Source: Schmidtea polychroa (taxonomy: Eukaryota). Taken from it: a DNA stretch of 64,000 bases. The notes under the pieces are model-generated. The model did no database searches. It was not told the origin of the DNA and saw only the letters and a list, made by a program, of their open reading frames with translations. Positions 42,750 to 56,200 of this stretch are shown here, piece after piece. The stretch is taken from NCBI GenBank assembly GCA_044892525.1, contig CM097885.1:126542001-126606000 (forward strand). The letters run 5' to 3'. The position numbers and the translations under genes were made by a program. Positions within the stretch are counted from its first letter, which is position 1; every line of letters begins with the position of its first letter.

Positions 42750-43770
42750 CCTCCTCGTGTCCTTTAAATCAAAACAATAACGACCCAACGTATATTGAAA
42801 TAACAAAATTCACAATCTTTTCTCAACACTTTACAATCAATAATCAAAGTTACGTTTGACCGATTCTCAGCATGGCGTTGATGCATTGTAAATAGATAAT
42901 ATTCACCTTTTATTTCTTTAGATTTTTTTGACCCACGTTTTCCTCTTTTTCTGTTTGATTTGATTTTTTTCACCTTTCCGTATTCCTATTCTATATCTTC
43001 TTTTCCCTAATCTCCTTAATTCGTTTTTACCTATTCCTAACTCGGTTTCTTCTAACCCTAGCTGAGGCAAAATGCCGATTTGCTCTGATTTTCCCATTCC
43101 TTATATACTCTTCGAAATCGGGATGACAAATAGATATTGCCGAGCCAATCTCTCACTTGGCATTCGCTTCCATATATCTGCTTCGGCTGTCACCCATAAT
43201 GGTCCAACGAACAAAGATAATTAATGGCCCGTCCGGCCTTTCTACACACACTATCTTCTCCTTGCTCTTTTCCAATTAATCATTGTGTTAAGCTAATGGG
43301 CCCAAGTCTTCCTTCTGTTTACTTTTCTTCTTGTTTACCCAGCTCGGGTTTCCTTCATCTCTCGGGTTCTCCATTGGCTCGGGTTTCCCATTAGCTCAGG
43401 TTTTCTATTAGCCAATTAATTAATTAATTAACGTTTTCTGTTTTTACACATTTGAATGCTTTTCGACCTTCCTAACCATTTTCTGATAAATCCCTAATCA
43501 TCATCTTGTTGACCATTAGCTAATCTATATCTGTCCCGTTTTCCCAATTCGATTTCATGATTTTACAATTTATTGATTTTTCTCGGATTTCCGGATTCTT
43601 GCCTTTCGTAATTGCTTTTGGCAATTTCTAATACTGCTTCCATCACACTTTCCTTTACTATCGATTCTGTGCATGATCCCGCTTTTATTTGTCTTTTTTC
43701 TTCACTTACTTTTATTTAAATTATTAACCTAAATTTCATTTTAATTAATTTTAATTTACGGACCTAAACA
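42750..43770 (-). repeat. Diverged, inverted fragment of a related giant-element LTR (U3 region)
   Basis: Collinear matches to the reverse complement of LTR ~2960-3580: CCCAACGTATATT, TTATATACTC, CTCGGGTTTCCCATTAGC, GCCAATTAATTAATTAAT, CCCGTTTTCC, CGGACCTA. Confidence 0.75.
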
Positions 43771-45013
43771 TCTATATAGATAAAAATTCAAGTCTTAAAA
43801 TTTACTTTAAATTTAATATCTTACCTGAAAGCCATTTGTAAAATGGCTAAAATAAATTTCCAAATAAATTTCAAATTCATGATGAGTAAACAAAATGTTA
43901 ACAAAAATAATGAATAATTTAAATTTTTGTATTTAGTTCTTTTCTTGAATGATTTCTTTTATATAATATGTATGAAAAAAACATATTGTAATGTTTTTTT
44001 TCAATTAAACCATGATTTTGTTTTAATTTCTGGTAAAATGTTTATTACCGAAATTTACCGGTTTTACCGGTAATACGATTGTTAATTTACCGTTTACCGG
44101 TAAAATAAAACATACGGTAATTGAGGAACAGTAATTCTGACCTATATTTATTCGTAGTTACTCGATGAATCTCTAATGTCACCCAAAACTAAATCTTTTC
44201 TACTCACAATCGATCTTCCTTTCCTCCATACTAGCCTAACTCACTATAATCCATAAAAATGTGTCAGTGATAGACTCATAGGAGGCCCTCCAATCAAGCT
44301 CATTGAGCCGAGTGTTTGAAAAACTGGTTGACACTCCTGGTGAAAAGATACGAAGTCTCTTCATACCCGTGGCCACAAAGGATTTCAATATCATTGTACT
44401 CATAAAACCAAAAGAAAATCATTACGTTCAAAATTAAAATTTAGAAATGGATAATAAAAAGAACAACAAAATAAAAAAAACTAAATTCCATGTGAAAAAT
44501 GTATTTACATAAACATTAAAAGTTATTTTATACAACATAATCCTACCATAATGGCATAAATCGAAAACTGAGAGCAAGTTGACATCAAAAATATTGTGTC
44601 TAAAATTTCATCAAAAGTTAAGTTTGAATAAATTTTCCGTCGGTATTTATACTGATTTTGATTGTGCGCCTACGCATTCTCTGACATTATATCCAATTGG
44701 AATGCCGTTAATTTTGAATTCCTTTACAAACATACATGACTGTATGAGTGTATTTTTAAAATGCTTTTATATTTAATTTAATTGATTGTTTTTAATAATT
44801 CGAATTATTTAAATAATTTTATTTTTTTATTTTTATTTATCAAGTTTAATGGAAATTTTTAATTTTAATTTTCTTTTAAATTTATTTAGTTATAAATATT
44901 TTTCTGCTCTTTTCTTTAAAGTATGCACTCTTTGCCATAGCTCCTTCACGTGTATATACGAGCCATATCATCCCTAATTAATTTGATTATAGTCTTTCGT
45001 ATGTAAATATGAC

Positions 45014-45301
45014 CAGAGGTGAGCTAGGAAATTTTTAACAAGGGGCTCGTTCTTTTTTACGCCGAGAATCATATGAACTAGTACTCTAGTTATGTGTCAC
45101 TGCGGCTGACTTTTATAAATCCAAATAATGTTAATTAAATGGTTTATTTTACACAAATGTATGTAATGGAAATGATTTCAAAGTATTATATTTTCTTTTT
45201 GAAAAAATAGTTACCAAGAAGAACAAGGGGCTCGAAAATCTTAGAATAATTTAACAAACGGCTCGCGCAAGCCCCTTCGAGCCTCCTATAGCTCACCACT
45301 G
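45014..45301. mobile_element. hAT-type MITE
   Basis: TIR CAG(A/T)GGTGAGCTA; 8-bp TSD AATATGAC. Confidence 0.88.
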
Positions 45302-45805
45302 AATATGACCAATAATCATTCTTAATTTTTTATATTATCAATTATTTTATTTATTCTAATTAATTTGATTATGGTTTTTCGTATGTAAATATGACCAATA
45401 ATCATTCTTAATTTTTTATATTATCAATAATTTATTTTATTTATTGTTCTTTTATTTTCTAGTTGGCAGATATTTTGAATGCGCTATTTCTCTCTTAACT
45501 GTGTTGGTGATTACAACTTCTTGTGTTCCTCGATTTTATTATACGTGTTTTATTTATTCTCAATGTGTTGTATACTTTACTTTGTATTAGTTGGTGTATA
45601 ATAATAGATTTTAATTCAACTTGGTGCGGTTTTTATGCTATGTATTTCCGACTTTATAAAACAAGCTCTCAATTTTTGGTTCTAGCTCAACAAATGAATT
45701 CGCTCAAGGAAAGCGGATGATCTGTTCAAGCCACCCATAACTGCTCGGTAAATCTTTCACTAACTCCAGAAATAACCCGATGAGTGGCTGACTTACAATG
45801 TAGGC

Positions 45806-46165
45806 CAGTGGTTCTCAATTAATATAAAAGCGCGGAACACCATTAAGATGATTTTTTTTATTCGGAACACTGACAAAAAAACTTGCCCACAATCAGTGAC
45901 CAATCACAAATTACTATAAATCTGTCGTAAACGTAAACAATGCTTTCTTATAAGCAAAGAAAATAACACGCGCTACAATAACAAGCAATAAAACACTTTT
46001 ATATTTGTATGTTTATATCTCTGTAACGGCTTTCTTATTGAATGATCCTATAAAAAAATTAATTGAGGTTTTTGATGATGTGTATCTTAAATGCAAATTT
46101 AAAAATAAAATGTCATTTTTTTTGCGGAACACTGATGTTCCGTGGAACACGGATTGAGAACCCTG
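45806..46165. mobile_element. hAT (Charlie/Buster-type) MITE
   Basis: TIR CAG(T)GGTTCTCAAT / ATTGAGAACCCTG; 8-bp TSD ATGTAGGC. Confidence 0.88.
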
Positions 46166-47278
46166 ATGTAGGCATTCATCGCAAGACCCATCTGGGTGAT
46201 CGACTCACAGAGGTGACGGTAGTTTGATGAGCTTCTAGATAGGATAAAAATTTCACGATATAAAATAAGTAGAGTAGTTAGTAAAACATTCTGTCTCAGG
46301 GAGTTGGACTTCGGAATTACACATTGACCGAAATAAAGCTAGCCACCGTCTATGGCTAGTCTTTATATTTCTACCCCTTTTTCTATCGTATTTGCTCAAG
46401 AATAACATAAAAAATCGTAAAATGAAGTATAATGACATTGAATTATGGCTAAAACTAAAATAATCAAATGAATTGAATGAAAACATCGAATAACGTCACA
46501 ACAGTATAACAAGATAAGAAAATGAATAATATCAGGTGGAAGATGAAGTGAAATGACAATGAAAAACAATGAAATTGCAAAGAGAGTGATAGAGAGTGAA
46601 AAACATAGAATGAAGACACGATTAAGGCAACAAATAACTTCAAAATAGTAAACAAAATACATGAAAAATAAATAGCAACTAAATACCGAAAGTTGAAAGA
46701 CAGAGAGTTGATGATATTTGAACAATACCCTCCCTAAGTGCTACCAGTCAAGAACCTGGTACGATTAATTAATTTTTACCTGCTTAATATCTCTGAACTA
46801 CCTTGTACAGTACTAACCTAGTGGTCAAGATTAGTAGCCAGAGTAAAAAGCTGCTCGACTCAGAATAATGCTATTTCGTTGTCAATGAAAATTAAAGTCA
46901 TAGTACCTTCATGAAAAATAGATCCGGAAAAATACAATTCATACTGATTTTTATTTCTTTATTAATTCAAAATGTTCAATTTCACAGCAATATTAAAAAA
47001 CATAATAGATGAATGTCGAAAACATTTTTTGAATAATTTTAAGTTTCAGTTTTATCTTTAATGTTATATTTATTCTACTGGATCAATATGAAATTAATTA
47101 ATTACTTATTGCTTAGCAATAAATACTTTTTGTGGTCTAACCACTTACAAAGTTGTTTAAATATCTGAATTTTATTCAATTTACCAGGTGCAAATTAAAA
47201 GTTTAATTATTTTCAAAAAGTATTAATATTATATGTTTGATATATATAATAAATTTTAAAAGAAATTATCTTCTAATC

Positions 47279-50200
47279 ATGAGTTCTGATGAAGATGAAT
47301 TTTTTGATGCACCAAATGCTTTCATGTCATCAACGTTTTCTTCTAAATGGAGTGACAGGTTAACTTTGCTCTTATAAATAATACTTAATCACTATTTTAG
47401 CAATGAAGATTTAAATCTGACGGCCCTAGAAAATGTTTCGAAAAATGCAGAAAGAAGAAATAGAGTTGAATCATTGAGAAGAACTGGAACATGTCGTAGC
47501 AATAATATAACTGCTTTGGATTTCCGAGAAGATTCAAATTATTTAAATCAAATTTTATTTAAAGATAAAGAAATTATTCAGACTGATAACGATCCAATAT
47601 CGAGTCATTCAATTATTCAAACCGTAATTTTCCAGCAGCAGCTTCTACAAAAATTGCAAGAAGATCCTAACTTGTGTCAATGCATGAAACAATTACTAAA
47701 CACAGTTATGACTCAAAATCCTTTAGAAATCAAACAAGCTCCATCGAAAATCAAGTTCGATTCAGTGAAATCAACAAATGTAACAATGACACAAAGTTGC
47801 CCTGAATGCTGCAAGCCAGTTTATTCTCTAGCTTCAACTTTAGGTTTATCGAATGTCTTCAATAATACCAAGTCTTGGTCATTAGATTCAGCAAAAATTC
47901 TCGAATTGGAAAAGGTTTAATTAAATAATCAACCTAATTCTTATGAATTGATTCCTATCGTATTTATTAAAGCGTCTATCAAGCCGAGATGGAAACAAAG
48001 AGTATAGCCATACATTTCCTGCACAGACTGCCCAATCAATTATGACACATTTAGAACCATTACAGCTACAAGCCTGTTCTAAGGAATCCTTTGGTAATTA
48101 ATATTGAATTAATTAACATTTAATTAATTAAATTATTAATTAAAGTAATTGTTAATTTAATTGATATATTAATTTTATTATTAAATATATATTTATTGAA
48201 ATTATTTTTTAATTAATTAAATTAAAAATTTAATTTAATAAATTAAAAATTTAATTTAATAAATTAAAAGCTAACAATTGATAAAGGTTGTACTGGAAAT
48301 TTGTAATTATTTTTAAACCATTCATTTCTTGCCATGTATTTCTTTTTTAAATGTTTTTTTATTATTCAATGCGATCTATTGAAATGGTTGAGCGCTTTTA
48401 TTAATATATCCCAAGTTGGACTTATAAATCACTATTATAATATTCTCGATTCAACTTCAATTTCATTAAAAAATTACATTAAACAACTTTCAAATAAATG
48501 AAAAATTTGTAATCTTTGTTAACTGTTTCATTTGGATTACTGGATTGCTGTAAATAACTTACGGGCGTTTTCAGAATGTTTTCAAAACACATGTTTAAAA
48601 TCGTTTTCTTAGAACAATGTTTTTCTTTATGAAGTTTAACCATACAAAACTTGAGCTCCTCAAAACTTTCACGATTATGCAGGGCTGGCCCTGGTTGGTG
48701 GCGATTCAACAAAATATCAATTTCCGATAACAATTTCGCCTCGCTAGGAATAATGCCCATGAATCTGTGAAGGAAATGAGCAATGAAGCGTTTTTTCTCT
48801 ATATTTACATTGTTGTCAGCTATACACGCAATACAAAGAGAAGCCGATATTAGGTAAGGGTAATAAAGACAAATTTTACCTAATGACGATTGAGTCAACG
48901 AGAAATGGCCGTTGTTTACAAGTTGCAAGAAATTCTAATGATCACTAAATTGCAATTCTTCTTATAGTTTTAGGAAAAAACAAATGTGTAAAAATAATTT
49001 GTTTTGGTAATTGTATTTAATTCCCTTTTCGGAAACGATGCGGTGTAGTTCTAAATATGAAATAGGAATACTTTTGTATTTTCACAAAGATTATTTTAAC
49101 GAAATAAGAAGGCGGTGAAAATTTGGCTTGTACACGTGCAGCCAGTTACTCAGGACCGGCACTGAGATTACTTTCATAGCTTCTTGACCATATTTTGGAA
49201 TACCATATCTGATTGAATAACTTAATTTGTATATTTATATCGCAAACTACAAGGAAATTGAATCTATTTTAATCTATCATTAAAGAATACAATAATTAAG
49301 TTTATAATTATTGAAATTTTGTTAAAGTTTATTTTAGGCTATCCAAGTAATTTTATTGGATTTCGATGTTTGGCCTTGTCGTATGAATTTGTATTGTTGA
49401 TTATGTGTAAAAATTAATTTAGCGATTGATTGGCTGTATAAATTACAAGTTAATTTGAAATACATCACTTTAAACTAATTTTAACAAACTTTCAATGAAA
49501 AGATACGTACCTCACGCACCTTACTGGTAATATTGATATTTTGGACTTTAATAAAAAAATTTTGTATAAATTACACTTATAATTTTGGGGATCAGTTCAT
49601 CCTTTCTAAGATTGACTAACAAATTACGTGAAGTCTATTCATACCAAGTAAAAAAAATATAAATCTCCTCCTCCCCCCCCACACACACACACACACAACT
49701 AAATATATGCAATTGAGAACAAATGGGATATTTATTTGACATTTATTTTACATTAATTTTTACATGTTTTTACCACTTTGTAATTTTTTAAGATCAATAA
49801 AAACGACTCAGACAAACGCGTTATCATTCATACATAATAATTAAAAGGGACAAGGTAATATATCATAAGGATCAAGATACTCCCATTTGTCATTACAATT
49901 ATATTCCAAAAATAATAAAATAAAAACAAGCTAAAATAGCTAAAATTGTATTATTTTAAAATTAAAAATTTAAATTTAAAAGTAATTAAATTAAGTATTA
50001 AAAGTAATTTAAAAAGTAATTTTATATAATTAATGACATTGACATACTTTACATTTTCACGTAGAAACAAACTGGAGAAATTGACTTCAGACAGATACTC
50101 ATGCAAATAATACCACTAAGATCTGAATACTTTTCAATACATTATTTTAATAATGCCATTTGGTATAATATTTATTTTATGTAACAATGACTACATTTAA

Positions 50201-53200
50201 TAATACAATTAAATATTTCAGGCACTACGATATATTTAAAAAATATTAATTACAATTTGACAATATTGAAATTTTTCGAGAATTTAACACATTAAGTGCT
50301 TACTATTATAGAGAAACTGAGTGTACTCAAAGTCCAAACCATGATCCCGTAAATTCGTAAGATAGAATGTCACTTGACATTATGTTAACTCGAAGTCAGT
50401 AAAAACTGGCAACCAATGCGTTTAAGAAAAAGTTAGAATCAACTTGGCCGATAATATACAACCTTCGATTTCATCTGTGAATTGATATTTTGATGTTAAA
50501 AATATTTAATTTCCTGAAATGTATCGATATTCACCCATAAAACAAAGTAAAAGATTTATAAACTGCCTTTGTGATTATAATAAATCGTATACTAGTCATT
50601 AATATATGTAGTGATCGGTGTCCTATTTATATAAACTAAACTTTGTTTCGGTTTCACTTAAATCTTCGTTTAAGTAATCGGGAACTTTTTTTAGTAAATT
50701 GAACTTCAATAACCCACATTTCTATGGCATGAAATAACAAATTGAATTCCTTATCGAAAAAATTTTTAGTTTGTTTTTAGTCTCATAATAATAAGTATTA
50801 AAATATATAGTAGACCAGAGATGACAAGAGATTACATTGATATTCTGTTTTTCTTAATAGCAGTTACTAAAAACATATGGAAATGCGTTGTAGAAAATTC
50901 ACTGTTTTAGATAATAATATTCAATATTTATTTATTTTTATTACATTAGAAGGTCCGAATAATAAATGTCAAAATTGCCAACCAAATGAATTGTTGAAGA
51001 CCCTTCATTCAGATTCATCTATTCAACGCAATATTCAATTAATGCATTTATCTGACCCAAAGGTAAACACATCATTTGTCATTATTTCTTTTAATTTTGT
51101 TTAATTCTTTGAAATAGCTACTGAAAACTACTCATTTATTAAGATGACATTACCGTATATACTCGCGTATAAGTCGAGTAAATTTTAAGGGGTTTTTAAG
51201 TCCTAAATTCGAAACCCGCGTATAAGTTGAACAAACAAAAATAAAAAAAAGGTTTAATGATTTCATTAAAAATTAATTTGTACGTTTTTTGACCCGCGTA
51301 TAAGTCGAAGTGGCTATTTTGACTTGAAAATTTGACGTAAATTTCTCGACTTATACGCTAGTATATACAGTAATTAAATTAAATTTTTTAATTGAAAGTA
51401 CTTAAATAAATAATTTTCTCGGTAGAAATTGAAAATAATTTTTAAATCTATATTTTGATTACAAAATTCTAAAAATTATTATGAATTTTCAAGTAAGTAA
51501 TATCAAGATATTCATTGGACAGAAAGTTTAAAAAAAATCATAAGAATGTTAACTTATATAAATCAATAATTACAATTAATTACATTAATTACATTAATTA
51601 AATACAAATCATACCATTACTCAAATTGATAAATAGTCTCTTTTGTTTATCCTATATTTATTCTATATTGTGTTCAAAGGTTACACATTTTATCGCAACA
51701 TATTTTCTGACATAAATTATTTTTTGAGAATAATAATTTTCGAGAAAGTTCAAAAAATTGAAAACCAAAATCGCTTAGCGTGTTTTATAAACTTTTCAGA
51801 TCTAGAACATTCATTTACTTTTTAAGAGTTTAGTATGAGTCAAAATTGCTCTAGGATCAATGTAAAATTATTGTTTCAGAGAAAGATAGAATGTATGTCT
51901 ATTTTTTAATTCGATTATCTTCAATATTATAATTTGTTAACTGATAAAATTTGCCTGACTTTAGTAAATGAGAGAAAGCATTAGAAATTTTATAGACCTC
52001 TTTTACTTTCACCCGAAACAGATTCTAGAAACTGTAACTAGAATCAAAACAAACCACTTACATTCTTATGTTGAATATAAAAATTATTCATGAGTCTTGG
52101 AATCTACAGTACCAAAATATTTTTTCATTATGTTTGTTGAGTTAAATAAATTTTTAGATTTGAAAATTTCTAAGCCTATTTTGGAATTTTACATTCAAAT
52201 ATGAACTTGAAGATAATTTGTCGATAGCGGAATTATTTATTAAAATATGAATTATTAGATTTCATAAAATTTAGTGATCAATAAATGGTACTGTTTTAGA
52301 ATTCAGTTATTATTTAAACAATTTTAGGCTGATTTCTGATGTTAATAAACAAATTAAAAAATAATTGGATTTAGTAAAAGTATTTTTTAAAATTTTAATA
52401 CATAAAATTCGGAATGTTCACAATAACTACTATCTTAATTGAAGGTTCAAAAATTTGATTTAATTTCCATAAGACTTTTTGCGGATAGATTTAATTGTAA
52501 TATCAAATATTCACAATAAATTAATAATACTGTATGAATAACTGTTCCAATTTAAAATGAGACACTTTTAGAAGTCCAGGCTTACTACTCTAAGTCGTCT
52601 AAGATTTATTTATTTTTCTATAATGTAGCAACTGATCCTCAAAGGATTAATTTCTCAATGATTTTATTCATTTGGGAATTCAGTGAAATTAAAATATAGT
52701 TTATGAATTGAAGGTTCGTGCAAATTATCATTTTAAGGAAAACATTTAGTTTTAACATTTGGATATTAACGTTACAATTTCAGATTCTAAATCCTTAACC
52801 ACTTCGCTCCGACCATATACAAATGCTGTGTGCGACAGGATATTGTAATTTTGTTAAAACAAAGCATTTTTTATAATAAAACTTTTTTTTATAATAAAAC
52901 TTTTTTTTTATAATAAAAAAGACTGCACAAAAATAACACCGTACATATAGATTGTCGAAGTGTAAAGAGAACAGTGTATGCCAAAGATATTCAACATGTC
53001 ACAAAATACACAGTGTACCAATACACAACATGACGAGACATACTCATCCAACGCAGAGAAGGGGTTAAACGTTTATACAGCCACAGAATAGTGTAGCTAT
53101 GGTACACATCTTATACTCATACTTTAAAGATAATATAAAAAATTCATATTTCTTCATATTCAAATTCATATTTCCTTCACATTTAAAAAAAAAATTTCCT

Positions 53201-56200
53201 TTAACTTTTCTTCTAATAAATACTGCTTGTCGTTTCGGTGTAACCAGGCTTCATTTCTACAATCAACTGTGAATTTGTTATTTATCTAGGCAAGAGCTGG
53301 AACGTTTACAATAGTATGGAATAAAAATTAGTATTTTTTAAGCAAATGTTTTTATTTTTGAATTTATCCAAAATTCTTAAGAATAACCACTCGTGTATAT
53401 GCAACAAGAGTAAACCACTGAATCAAAACTGTGAAAACTTCTCCAGAAATGATTCCTTAAAAGCTATCAGAACTTTGAAAGAAGGCTCAACGAATCTTTT
53501 TCACGATCAAAAGTTGATCGTAAATTCCAAAACATTGACAAATGCTGTCAACAGTGAATTACCGCCAGAAATGAATCCGATTGAAGTACAATTCAGAGAG
53601 CGAACAAAAAGGTTATTCTATTTCCGTTTTATATCAATATTCGTAATAAAATCTATCGAATTTTAACAAGTGTTTTGATTATTTAGCATGGAAATCATGT
53701 TAAAAGAGCCTTGGTTAGTCATATAATTAAGTTGAGTTTTTTATTTCCAAATTCTCAATTACGATTCAATGCCTCCTCTATAATTTTGATCACAACATTA
53801 ATATAATTATTTATGTAATAATTGTTTTCAATATTTTCAACAGATTTATTTATTGCTTGCTTCGAACGGTTGATCGCACTTGCTTATTAATTAATAAAAC
53901 GATTTTTTCTATTTTAAAATCAATATTATTGATCATTTGTTGAAGATTTTCAGAATTTAATTGAAATTATTTGATAAAATAATAAACCGAATTGATAAGA
54001 TATGCACTGGATTCTATTGAACATAAAATTCGGTCTTATATTCGAAAAAAAACTATCAAAGGCTTTTCAATCATCTCATCATTTAAACACATCTTCAGTG
54101 ATTTGCAATATTATTACTAATTTAATTGCTGATAGAGCAAAAATATTCCAGATACATTTATATCACAAAAATTGAAAGATTTTTTTGTCGTTTCTTTTTA
54201 ATAAAGGATATACTATTTTCAATAAAACAAAATATTGTTTCCCAACAGGGTCTTTTTCGGTATCCCAACTTTGCATATTCTTTATTGCCGATTAAACCAC
54301 AATTCTCATTCGCATGCTTCATACTTGATTTAAAAACGGAATTTACTAATACATCAAGTGGTTGAAGGTAAACTGTTGTTCTTGGTAGTAAAATTGGTTT
54401 TTATGCAATAAATCAAGAACATTTGCATCTTTGTGTGAATCAAAACCATTAAGCCAAATCATACCATTACTCAAATTGATAAATAGTCTCTTTTGTTTAT
54501 CCTATATTTATCCAAATCTTCATTATATCTTTATCTATCGTTCCAGAATTGTTAATCATTACATGTATACTTTTTAGAATTTTCTTTAATCCTCTTAAAA
54601 TAACTAAAGTTTTTTTTTATTTACACACATACACACACAATTTCAACATTAATATTTATGCTGCTTCTACGTAATCCAAAACTGTCTTTGATATCCTCAG
54701 CGCTTCTGTTGTCTTATTAACCGCCTCTAAATATATTTTTTACTTAAAAGCAATTTATGCGCATGAAATTGTTTATTCATTGATCACTCGCTTTTAAATC
54801 AGTAAATATTTTCATTTTCTACTAATTGTGTAGCTTTTTCTTTTAGATTTCTGTAAGAAACTATTCTTTTTTATTATATAAATTATTTGGTTTCATATTT
54901 GATATTTTTTTAATTGAATAATTTTCATAATAATAGTTTTACAAATTTTAATATGAAAATTATTGAATATTCTTTTTGCTATCTCTTCATTCTACACGTA
55001 ACCATTCAAACTCTTGATTCTATCTCTTGAAGAGCTCTAACCGAACCCAAGGATGTTGTACAGCATTTTCATTACTAGTAGAGTTTAGTTTCATTTTTTC
55101 TTATTCTCTGATCATCCTTGAGGAAACATTGACTCTCCTAGCTGTTTTGAATGTTGTTTTCATTTTCAGACCGTTTCTTAAGAGTATTTAATTTTTCTGT
55201 TACAGTGTCTGATTTTCATAGCTATTATTTATTTATATTTTCAAATTTATAAAAATATTCAAAAATACAATATGCTTATTTATGTAAGTATTATGTAAGT
55301 ATTATGTAAGGTCTTATTTTCGATAGAATCCGGTAATTGAAAAATTAAGGAATTAAGAAAAAAATTATTTAAGTACACCCATACCTAGCTATACGGCCGC
55401 TCTTTATACGGCATTTCGCTATAACGGCCTTCTTCAATTAAAACACGTTTTCGATTTACGACCTAAAATGTTTCCCTATAACGGCAAAAAANNNNNNNNN
55501 NNNNNNNNNNNNNNNNNNNNNNNNNNNNNNNNNNNNNNNNNNNNNNNNNNNNNNNNNNNNNNNNNNNNNNNNNNNNNNNNNNNNNNNNNNNNNNNNNNNN
55601 NNNNNNNNNNNNNNNNNNNNNNNNNNNNGCGCAATCTTGATTCCTTATAAGGCGTTTAGTTTTGCGGCCAAGTTTCGTGGAACGTATCTAGGCCGTAAAG
55701 CGAGGTATGGGTGTAATTGGATTTATTAGCAGTATTTTTCAATATCATTTCCGGAATCATAAATCAATTAAAATTTAGTTTGTCACATTCAATGAATAAT
55801 GATTAAATAATAATAGCTTATTGATTAATAATCTATTCCAATTAAAAACAATTAAAATTATTGATATTTTGTTAGTAGAATTTTTGATCATAGCTAAATA
55901 AGCTTGCTGCTAAAGGTTTATTTATTCAAGTATATATTTTATTGTTAATTCTTTAATGTTTTCCTTAAATTATTTTTAGTAGATTTTTTAAAATATACTT
56001 TTAATATTTTTTAAATATATTTTTAATCAATAAAAATTACTAGCTCTCATATTGATGACAGAAAACCTAAAACCAGAAATTTTGGGACCATACATTTCTT
56101 CAGTGCCTCTTCTGTCAATCAAAAATAATTAATTGAAAATTTGATTTAAAATACGCTTAAATTTATATACAAAGAAACTTTAGAAATTGTTATTCTAAAC

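Noticed and set aside
55468-55650. 60-aa ORF in the track
   Set aside because: Spans the N gap; artefact
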